Positions 10,044 through 20,000 of a DNA stretch of 20,000 bases are shown in pieces. The notes beneath the pieces were generated by a model. That model was not told the origin of the DNA. It did not search any database and was given only the letters and a program-made list of their open reading frames with translations. The position numbers and the translations under genes are program-made. Origin of the DNA: Psammoneis japonica (taxonomy: Eukaryota); assembly GCA_008632985.1 (NCBI GenBank), contig QPGO01000281.1, forward strand, positions 55,083-75,082, written 5' to 3'. Position 1 is the first letter of the stretch. Each line of letters starts with the position of its first letter.

Positions 10044-11570
10044 GGTTGTGTTTCGTTCAAAACTACTTCAGATTCAAGAATCACTTTTCGTTATTTCAAC
10101 TCCTCCCCAGAACAATACGGTGTAGAAACCACGTAGATTCGTACCACACGTAAAAGGTACAGTACTACCACAACCGACGAAAATAATTAGTACTTTGGCC
10201 CGCTTGAGTGATCAACGATGAAACAATCTCGCTGTTGTCGTTGTTGTTTGCCTCGCCCACACACAAAAACACAAACAACACACGACTACCCGATTGCCGT
10301 TGGGTCAACTTTCACGTACTTGCCGGTCTTGGATTACTTGGCGCCCAATGTGGTGTTGTTGCAGTGCAGTATGGCGTGGTTTTTGTGCTGGCGGGTTGCT
10401 CCCGGTTTGCATCTCAGATCTTCATGTGAAGGTTGAATATTTGAATGTAGGTATACCATCGCTTATACATGGTATGATTAAAGAACGTTACTTGGCCATT
10501 GAGTGTATGTACAAGCGGATTATTGATAAGCATACAAATCTATATACATCATTACCAATGTTTTTGTCCAACAGTATCAATTTTGATTGGAATGAAATTT
10601 TCTTTCATTTTCCTGTCCGTTCAAGAATTGCAGTTACTCTAAGAAATGGAGATATTTTATTCAACGGAAAATTTTTGGCCAGGACTCAACATGTTATCTA
10701 CGGCCATGAGGACAAATAATTCAGTCACGCTTGACGTCATGCTCGCGCACGCACTTCAGGAGCATGCGGATGATTCGATGAAAATTTCGCACGATTGGCG
10801 CATTGGTGGCAACTGGGACGGCGCGCCGGGCTGTCTCACTGCTCCAGTCCCAGGAACAATCCATCCAGCTCATTTGGCTTTCATGCTGTCTGATGGTTGA
10901 TGATTGTGCCTTGGCTCTGTGTGTGTGGCAGTGGATGCAGAGAGAGGGCTGGGGTGCTGCAGTGCGAAGGAGGAGAAATGCAGCCCTCTGCCACCAACCC
11001 CCACTCTCTCTGCTGATTGCTCAAAGGGGGTGTTCATTTTTTGCCCCTCTCTCCACATCATTTTGCAGTTTGCACTTTCAAGCTGCTGGCCAAAGAAAAA
11101 GATGTTGAGCTTGCGCAGCACAAAAGAGTCAAAGTGTGCGCACATTTCTTGCTGTGACAAAGCCTGTCTTGGTGAGACAGTGCAGCGCAGCTGGGGTGGA
11201 AAAACCAGCAGCGCCGCATTTCCCAGCTGCAATGAGCGACAATCTGTGAGCAGCTTTGGAGGGGGAGAGCTGCAGCTTTACAAAAAAAAAGGCTGTTGAA
11301 AGAACTGCCAATCCTTCCTCAGGACACAAACAAAAGAAGCTGACAAAAGCAGTGTGCTGACTTCCTCCCTTCTTGCACTGAGCCCATGTTCTTTGTTGCT
11401 GAAAATTTTCAAGCTTGACATGTTGGAAGATTGCCGCTGTCTTTTGGACACTTCTCCAACAATTTTTGCACATTGTTTTGGTGACACAGGTGGCGCCAAT
11501 CTTGTTGTTGCTCAGCTCACAATCAGCCCAAGCAAATGCTGTCCTTCTGACATCACATTGCATTTTCGTT

Positions 11571-11701
11571 GGCTGATTGAGGAAAACAAGCTTGGGAACA
11601 AAGGGGTTCTTGCATCATGCTTGTGCATTTCCACAGGCTGATTGAGGAAAACAAGCTTGGGAACAAAGGAGCTGCATCGTGCTTGTCATGTGATTTCCAC
11701 A
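11571..11701 (+). repeat. Tandem duplication of a unit of about 65 bp
   Basis: ggctgattgaggaaaacaagcttgggaacaaagg is identical at 11571 and 11636; both units end in atttccaca. Confidence 0.9.
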
Positions 11702-14221
11702 CGTGGCTCTTCTGAAATGTGAAGCAGGGTCTTGTTTTCTTGTTGTGTTTTGAAACAAAGTTGTTTTGTTCATTGTCACCTCTCATCTCACTTCACTTTG
11801 TTTGGCTCAGAGCAAAAACAAGTTCTTAAAGTGAGCTCCCAAAATGGCACACCTTCACTTGGAGCTCCAAAACTTTGCAAAAGGTTTTTTCATTGGCAAG
11901 CTTGAGCATGCAGAAAAGAAAAATGAAGCTCTGCACAGTTTTGCAGTGAGAGATGTCACATGGAAAATAAAAAAAATGAAAAAAACAAAGGAAGTTGTTT
12001 CATTTGATGAAGTCTGCAAGCCTTTGAACCAAGGAAAGAACAAAAATTCAGAAAGACAGATCTGTTGACTCCACTCATCAACTTCTTGATCATGACAGCC
12101 CACAAATTTGACCATTGCCACACCTGCAGTGGATTCTTGCTTGCATCAGTGCCAAAAGAGAAACCACAAAAAAAAAGCGAACAATTTGGCCCAGCTTTGC
12201 AAACAAAAACCCCGCAGACAACGCACCTCTGCCACTGCATGATCTTTTGAAATGAAAAGAGCAACAGCTCCATTTTGCCAGTTGGCCACCATTGGTCAAA
12301 GCCACTGCACATGGGAACAAGATTTGTGGGGTGTGGGGTGTGGCCATTGCACACAAGCCAACTCCAGGCACAAACTTCAGCCCTGGGTGGGTTTCCAGCA
12401 GCATGACCCTGCTCTTGCACAAGTGCCCACAGCAAGGGCTTGCTCAAATTCAAGTGTGCAAAAGCACCTGCAGCAGGCAGCTGTGCACCCTGCACAGAAA
12501 GCCACATGTTTTTCACCATGCAAAACTTGCCCAACAACCTGTTCACAAGCCCAGCAGCAGATGTGAAAAATGTTCAAACCATGGCAAGCTTGTTCATCCA
12601 GGGCTGTGAACAAGCAATGATGCCTGCAACCCTTGTTTTTTTGGCCCAAACTTGCACAAATGCACAGCCACCATCTCAGAGCACCTGTGCAAATTTGAGC
12701 TCATCAAAGCCAAACAGGAGGGATGACACACAGGCAGGCATGACAAACTCTGTGCATTGTGAGCTCTGCATTTTGCATGCCAGGCAGTGAGTGCATTTTT
12801 CTTCAACACTGCTCCAGACAACTGGTGGAACCTTGCAGCATTGGACTGTGACATTGAGCCTTTTTTCATGTGCTGCATGTTGCATGATGCACACACATTT
12901 CTGTGCACCTTTGATGGAATTTTGTGTCATTTTGCAGATTTGCAAAAATGGTGCCAAGCATTGAGGTGTGCAGTTGTGCCACAAACTTGGTCATTTTTTC
13001 AGATGTCGAAGACAAGCACATCCATCAAAAACAAATTCTTGTGCCACAGAGCTGGCGTGTGGAGCTGCACAAGCCAGTGTCACATGGAGCCCCATCGCCT
13101 GGGGCTGGAGCCTGTTGCAAGGACCTCTTTTGCAGCACAGCCATGCCCCCCCCCTTGTTCTTTTTTTAACATCTGCACATGCCAGCACACTCTCAAGATG
13201 TTGGCAAGGGTGCTGACACACAAGAAACATCAAAAGTTGTTGAGTGGATGACTGGACAGTTGCGCTGCAATCTCTGCAAAATTTGTCCACAGTCATGCAG
13301 AAATGTGTGCCCCAGATGTGTGGTGCATGATTGCAGACATGCACATTGCAGCCCAGCAGCACAAGGCCCTGCATGGTGCTTGCCAAGATCTGCCATTGTG
13401 CCACACATCTTGTTGACTTGTTTGGGCATGATGCAAGCAGAGCTCTTTCCTCTGTCTGATGCTCCTTTGATGAGCACCGGGGCTCTCACCACCCACTTCA
13501 ATCTCTGGAGACTCGCATCAGAGGGGGGGTGCAATGTGGTGGTTGTTGCTTTCATTGACACTTGTTTTGATGCTGAATTTTAGTTGTCTTGTTTTTTAAA
13601 ACATGACATTCAAACCTCAATGGTCTTTGCACAATGCAAGGCATTTCTCTGCATTTCTTGAGGAATTTTGTCATCTGTTTGCTTTGACCACACATCCCAA
13701 AGTGACTTGCACATCCAAAACTTTTGTGATTTGCTGCTTGAGTTGTGACAATGAATCCTCTTTGCTTTTGACATTTCACATTTCAACTCAGTTTTTGCTT
13801 TTCACACCCCATTCGTGCATCACCATTGTGTGTGCTGGTGCAGTGTCTGCACCCCAGTCATCTCCACGTGTGCACTCCCTCTTTGCATCTCACTCATTCC
13901 CAGAACTCTGTGCACATTTCTCCACCACATTTTCAGTGCTTTTTCTGCATGAGCCATTTTCTGCACATTTCACAACAGCACACTCTCTCCCCTTGGTTTG
14001 GTTTTGCCACAGGATTCCCGAAAATTCCCCGGGATCACCACCTTTTGCCATGATTTTCCACTGGAAGCTTGATTTCTTGGGGATTCACCACGAATTGCAC
14101 TTTGTCACATGCACACTGCACACATGAATAAAAAAATTGGGAATTCCCTGTGCTTCCCTCTCACGCATTTCTGCACCCACGTGCCGGGATGCAGCAAGCA
14201 AAATCCCAGTGGAGTGGTCTG

Positions 14222-14636
14222 TGTTGGGTCAGTGTGTGGAGTCGTTGCTGGATGGTGTGGGAGGAATGGCTGCAGACGTGCATTTGGGATGTGACATCCA
14301 ATTGTGTGGGAATGAAAATGCGGAAACAAGTGCATCAACAAGACAAGGGTGAGAGTGTTGCGGCACAGGCTGCGACACTGCATCAGCATTTGTTCGCTTT
14401 GTCAGAGCCACAGTCTGCTGTTGAGCATCTGAATGCAGTGAAATTGTCATTGCGTGGGTGTGAAACAAAACGGCATGCACAGTCGTTTGTTGCTGTGCAG
14501 AACCACATGGGTGTCAGCCACAGAAACAGCACTGGGTTCTGCATGTGCGCATTGCGCAACGTCAGATTTTGCAACAAATGCAAACCAACCATGAGAATTG
14601 CTGTGACTGAAATGGTGTCACACTTGCGAATCAACA
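14222..14636 (+). repeat. Candidate 5' LTR of copia element 1
   Basis: Bounded by TGTTG (14222) and CAACA (ending 14636), the canonical copia LTR termini, about 220 bp upstream of the gag ATG. No second LTR in the window to confirm. Confidence 0.45.
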
Positions 14637-16866
14637 GTTTTCGATGTGTGTGACAGGTGTTGATCTGAGCAGTGTGGGGTGGCATGCCCAGAGCATGTGC
14701 TCATTCAGACAAACTGGCATGGGGTGGCCTCTCATTGCTGGTTGACTGCATGGACCTGTTGCCACAGCGCTCGCTGAGTGTTCAGTCTCCTGTCCACACC
14801 CATTGTGAGAGTCTCACAGTTGCTGCAGCTTGATTGTCTTTGTGACACAGGAGACATGGCAGCAGCAGCAGCTCAAGCTTTGGCAGCATCAGTGCTGGCA
14901 GCGGACATTGACAATGTTCTGCAGACATGTGGCATCACTGGCATCAATGCAAGAGCTTGCTTGGTGTGCTGTGAAGGATTTGCAACACTGGAGAACATTG
15001 CAGTCATGGAAGGTGACTCAGATGTGGAAGACATGGCAAGCAGGGTTGGCCGTTGCACTGGCCAGGATGGGAGAGTGGCACTTGGTGCTGTCCAAATTAA
15101 GAATCTGCAAGCTTTGGTTTGGTGGCTTCATGATCATCAGAAGCACAACCTTGTGCTGGAGGATGCAGCACTGTTTAATCAGGCAGCACTGATTGATGCT
15201 CACCAGAAGAAGTGCATGGAAAAAGATGTGGTTGAATCAGAAGTGTTGGTCAGCTCATTGCCGGCATTCAAGTTGGAGAATTTTGACATGGTGGAGGATG
15301 CATTTCTGAACCTCTTGTCACAGAAGGTTGGGGCACTGAAAGAACCATTGCGTCATCATGTGATGAGACTGGCAGCAGTGCCAGCCACATTTGTTGACAC
15401 AGCCAAGGAGCACATGTGTCAATTGAGTTTGAATGGGATGGCATTCGATCAGGACAACGGTGCTGTGTGTCATCTGTTGAAAGCTCACCTGGTGAACATG
15501 GAAGTGGTGGCATGGATTGAAGCCTGCAACAGTGCAGAGAACAGGAGAGATGCCTTCTGGGCATGGGCAAACCATTGCAACAGACAGGGAGAGCTTGGCA
15601 AGTGCACTCAGTTGGCGTTGGCAATCATCAAGAGTCATTGCACTGCAAGAACAAGCATCACTTGTCATTTGAATGGCACACAGCAAAACTCACCAGTGCA
15701 TTTGCAACCGTGGCAAAGAGTGAGGACCGGTGCAAGACAGACAGGCAGAAAGTTGAGATTCTCCAAAGATGGGTTGAGACCGACAATGTTTGGCTGCAGG
15801 CTTGCATTCACATGATCAGTCCACAGCATCCTCGTGACTTTCCTGGCATGTGTTCAGAGGCTGAGCATGATTCAAAGTGCAAGATGTTGGACATGTCCCA
15901 TGAGAGAGGCCCAGGCAGGGGCTTCACTCGAGGTGGCGGTCGAGGCCCCCGAGGAAGTGGTGGTTGAGGTCATGGGCCTGGAGGCCACGGCAGGGGATGA
16001 TTTGGTGGCAGAGGTGCAAATGCAATGATTGATGGTGCGGGCATGTTGGACCCCACTTGTGCCTTTTCCCCAGATGAGTGGCAGCAACCAAGGTTCAATG
16101 GTGGCCAAGTGCATGTTGCACAAGCCCGTGAGCAGATGGCCAGATGTGGTGGCAGTCCTGGACATGGACGTGGTGGCCCCGGTGGACAACAGGCAGCTGG
16201 TGCACACCAGAGTCCAGACAAATCAATGCAACAACAACAGGAACAGCTGCTGGCTGATGCGGCAAGTGCAGGTTGTGGACGTGGACACAAGATTGAGAAA
16301 GGGGGTGGTCATGGAGCAGTTTTTGGTCATGGAGCCCACATGACCACCTGACAGTGTGGGGGGTGACAGCCGTTTCAGCTTTGCTTGCATGCCACACAAA
16401 TGTGATTGCATTGTCTCTGCTGTTGTTGCTTGTGCTGTCTAAACCCCACCCAGACAACACCACAAAGAGTTTCTGAAGGATCAAGGCAACCTCCAAAAGA
16501 TTGGCACAATCGGCGAATGCAGCGTCAAACCCGGGCAATGTGGTTCCTGGTCATGTGTCCCACAATGAATGTCACACCCATGCAGACACGTGTTGTGCAG
16601 GAGCAAACTGGAGATTGATGGAGACCACTGATGAAATGTGTGAAGCAAGTCCATTCCTTGAATCGTGTGATCTGGTTGGGCAGATTCCAGTTGCGCGATG
16701 TTGTGCTGTTTGGACAGATCCAGCTGTGATGGATGAGTGCTTGTTGGTTGGTGACCAGATGCTGTGGTTTGGACAGCAAATGGAGCATTCCCTTGTCAAC
16801 CCCAGTTGGTTGTGGGCATGCAACATCTCAGTCAATGACAACCCTTGCGATCCCCAAGACAGCTTT
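14222..16866 (+). mobile_element. Degenerate Ty1/copia LTR retrotransposon 1 (diatom CoDi-like): gag, Gly/Arg-rich region and aspartic protease, truncated at about 16866
   Basis: gag-like from ATG 14856 (QIKNLQALVWW, FLNLLSQKVGALKEPLR, AFDQDNGAV.HLLK, RQKVEIL) with a frameshift near 15633. Protease-like ECHTHADTCCAGANW...SPFL...IPVA...WT...QMLWFG..MEHSLVNP...V.DNP at about 16560-16860. Confidence 0.85.
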
Positions 16867-19077
16867 GACAGACATCCGAGATGGGGAGTGCACTCCCTTG
16901 TGTCGGACAGACTGGCACAGACAGCATGGAGAGATCCGATGATCTCTCCTTTGCTCACTTTCTTTCTCATCTAGTGCACGATTGTCATCTGTCCTAGACA
17001 TCAGTTAGATTGTCCCAACACCGCCAGTCTGCAAGGTTGTGAGCAGCAGTGTGCTGTTCCTCTTCCTCTGTGCTCCTCCGCTGCAACGCCTGTTGCGCCA
17101 ATTGGCAATTTTTTCTTCGTTGAAATCGTCATCATTGTCACAGCTGTTTTTTCACCTCTCGATTTGTGATCAGACAACCACCGTAGAACACATGCCAGAG
17201 ATCTGCACAGAAATTTGATTTTTTTCCACGCAACCATGATGGTGAACAAAAATCAAAACGCCGTCGATTTGACCAAGATCAAGATGGCTGCGGGTTGAAT
17301 TCAGCCCACACAATTGCTCACCCCATGCACACCGTTTCCTGAATGCTCTTTGTTCCGACAAGACACATGCTCCTGAAGATCTTCTGGATGGATTCACCCC
17401 TCAAGGCCTCAAGAGCAATGCTGTTGCTGTCCTCCGTCATGAGATCGTTCAGAATCTCATCATCCCTCAAGCTGCACTGACTGAAGATCTTGCATGAATC
17501 GGACCAATCATTGAAAAGGCCCCTCTCTTTGTGGCCATCTCTCAAGACTCCCTGGTTCATCTGAACCTCAGCACTCTTCAGAAGGCCATGATCAAAGCGA
17601 TCTCAGAGAACGACGACACCATGAGGGCACACGCTGAGACTCCACGCTTCCACTTCAGCCCTGGATTTTGACATTGTGATTGCTGGGATGACATTTCAGA
17701 TGATCCGCATCCAGACCCACCACCTCCTTCAAGTTCTGCATCCCTGCCAGTTCCTGCTGTGCAGGTCCTGCTCCTGAAGACTTTGAGCAAGCTGTGACAA
17801 ACGCATTGAAGACATCCACTCCTCCTGTGCCATCTCATGCACCGTCTCCCATGACTGATGCTGCTGCGGCTTCTTCCTTGACTGCTGCTGGTGCTCTGCA
17901 CACCTTCAATCCAAAAGGACTTCCAAAGGATGCACCAGCCCGCCACCAAAAAAAGGACGCTGAGAAAGCAGCACTGGGGAAATCCCTGGCACCCCACAAG
18001 TCTGGAGACCTTTGTTGCGAGGATGGCACTGAACGTCCAATCCTTGCTGATGGTTCTCTCTTTGTCCATCGCATTGATTGGGATGCAAAGTCTTTCCTTC
18101 ATGATCCTCTCACTTGTGACAATGTCTCCCCTCAAGGAATCCGTGCATGGCACACTGCTGTGACCCAACAGGCCTCCGCTTGTGGCATGTGCATGCACCC
18201 CCTGTGGTGTTTTGTCAAGGACGGTGGAAACTGGGGCTTCACTTGTGGCAATGATCCCACCAATGATCCTCCACTCCGGATGACAGTGCCCCTTGACAGA
18301 ATGAAGTTGACCATCTTCCAGCACATTCAGAAAGTTGGAATCTTTCTGGCAGACTCTAAGTGCCCTGACATTGTTCGTCAATGCTGTGGAGACAGATGTG
18401 CTGCCATCAAGATGACCCTTTTCAACATTTTGCCGATTTGGACAAAGCGTCCTCATGAGTTGATCAAGAGCCACCCCCAGCAATCGCTGCTTGTGCAATG
18501 CTCACAGGCACATCAAGGGCGTCCCAAAGTTCCGACATGCCAATCTGGTCCTTGACATTTGTCCTGTGGGTGTCCAAGCCAAGCAAGTCAAAACTCCTGC
18601 TGGACCCAATGTGACTCAAAAGGCAACTCAGCCATGCCAAGGCCTTGCTGTTGATTTTGCCTTTGCTGGCCAATGCTCCAAGAACAAAGATGGCAAGTCT
18701 GATTGCCTTGGACACAATGGCAAAACGTGTTGGATCACTGTTTGTGACCACAAAACACACATGCTCCATGGGGTTGCAAGGGTTTCCAAAGCCAGTCCTC
18801 TCAAGTGGCTTTGCCAATTCTTGGATCAACATTTGCCGAATTGTCATGATGAACATGCATTTGTGGACCAAGGTGGGGAATTGTGCAAGAGTCCCAAAGT
18901 TGGTGACCTCTTTGAACAAGAATCCCAGTGTGACACATGTCCCTCTGGCACCGGTGCATCCAACCAATGTGGCCCTGTTGAACGCTCACATTTGACTGTC
19001 AAGAACGCGATTGGTGCAATTTCAATTGGTGCCAACCTCCCAATCAGGTTCTGGCCCCATGCTTTTTACCATTGCCT
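16866..19077 (+). mobile_element. Degenerate Ty1/copia element 2 (different lineage): gag-like region fused by internal deletion to pre-integrase and integrase core
   Basis: gag-like IRAW...HPLWCF..GFTCGND (ORF 17794..18555). Integrase core QGLAVDF...DH.T...SKASPL.WL..FL...VDQGGEL...GPVERSH...GANLP.RFWP.AF (ORF 18491..19249). The left boundary is approximate. Confidence 0.85.
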
Positions 19078-20000
19078 GATTTCTGATGCACAAGCACGAT
19101 CCATTGGCGCACACTGGGAAAATCCAAAACCACAGGTGGGGTCCTTTGGAGGCCATTTCATGGCACAGGTGACAGTCGCAGCAAAAGGATTTGACGAAGA
19201 AGCAAACATGGGCACAGTTGCATCCTGTGTTTCAGCCAGAAAAGGCTGACCATTTTCCACACGTTGCAAATGGGTGGCATTTGGAGGAAGTTGATCCAAA
19301 AATGGGTCATTCACACCCTCATCGTAGTGCACATGCTTTGCCGTCTTGACTTTGTCAGTCTCCGGATCCCTCCACAGGACATTTTTCAGGGTGTTCGGAA
19401 GACAGCCAAGGAAGACACCCTTCTTCGAATTGGTCCGGAAAGTGGCAGAACGAGCAGTGGAACGTTCAGACCACACTCGGCATCCAAAAGTCTTGAGAGC
19501 AGCAAAATCTTTGACCTTTCCAGTTGCAAGGGTGATGGGCGAGGCATCTTGATCTTTCGCAGGAGCAGCATTCTTGATGTGGAGGCAATGGCAAAAAGCA
19601 TGGGGCCAGAATCTGATCGGGAGGTTGGCGCCAATTAAAATTGCACAAATCGCGTTCTTGACAGTTGAATGTGAGCGTTCAACAGGGCCACATTGGTTGG
19701 ATGTGCCGCGGCCAGAGGGGCATGTGTCACACTGGGATTCTTGTTCAAAGAGGTCACCAACTTTGGGACTCTTGCACAATTCCCCACCTTGGTCCACCAA
19801 CGCATGTTTGTCACGACAATTTGGCGAATGTTGATCCAAGAATTGGCAAAGCCACTTGAGAGGACTGGCTTTGGAAACCCTTGCAACCCCATGGAGCATG
19901 TGTGTTTTGTGGTCACAAACAGTGATCCAACACGTTTTGCCGTTGTGTCCAAGGCAATCAGACTTGCCATCTTTGTTCTTGGAGCGTTGGCCAGCAAAGG
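19078..20000 (-). mobile_element. Inverted second copy of the element 2 integrase, extending further C-terminally
   Basis: ORF 19066..19899 carries DQGGEL, GPVER, KTFGCRVW, KGVFLG and HV..DEG copia integrase motifs; 19583-20000 is the reverse complement of 18660-19077. Confidence 0.9.

Larger units (their letters stand above)
10720..20000. other. Hypermutated domain B: TpA- and CpG-depleted repeat cluster
   Basis: About 18 TA dinucleotides by hand count in about 9.3 kb, beginning abruptly after a TA-rich stretch (10430-10717); contains the copia remnants. Confidence 0.92.

Noticed and set aside
10294..10719. 141-aa ORF in the AT-rich flank
   Set aside because: No recognisable motifs or splice support; likely intergenic or promoter DNA
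11571..11701. CRISPR-like repeat-spacer look (34-bp identical repeat)
   Set aside because: Only two units, the intervening parts are homologous to each other, and the context is eukaryotic; it is a simple tandem duplication
17578..18498. 306-aa minus-strand ORF
   Set aside because: Antisense to the gag-like frame of element 2, no recognisable motifs, and favoured by stop-codon loss
14856..19899. Alternative genetic code or selection against Tyr
   Set aside because: TpA is missing in all frames and in non-coding DNA, the elements are frameshifted, and neighbouring host genes use Tyr and TA normally
10720..20000. Classical fungal RIP as the explanation
   Set aside because: RIP enriches TpA at the expense of CpA/TpG; the pattern here is the opposite
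14222..20000. ADAR-type editing of retrotransposon RNA before integration
   Set aside because: Both TG and CA products occur within one element, and the signature extends over non-copia DNA and up to host genes, which favours a double-stranded genomic process; not formally excluded

Overview
Eukaryotic genomic DNA, most likely a pennate diatom (inferred from short GT-AG introns, secreted proteins with RxL and Pro/Thr linkers, and diatom-type Ty1/copia remnants). The window alternates between two chemically distinct kinds of DNA. Normal-composition islands (about 1-1600 and 5345-10720) carry three host genes: a secreted Cys-rich/PT-rich protein, a frameshifted Cys-rich repeat gene, and a two-exon type I membrane protein with four GDW repeats. 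Two large domains (about 1610-5340 and 10720-20000) have lost almost all TpA dinucleotides (about 25 in about 13 kb by hand count) and most CpG, with both converted to TpG/CpA. The right domain holds nested, decayed copia retrotransposons whose conserved Tyr codons read as Cys/His. Duplicated segments inside the window show TA to TG/CA changes directly, and the surviving TAs show a context bias (no RTAY left). The main candidate novelty is a repeat-targeted A-to-G hypermutation at TpA, running opposite to fungal RIP and acting alongside CpG decay.
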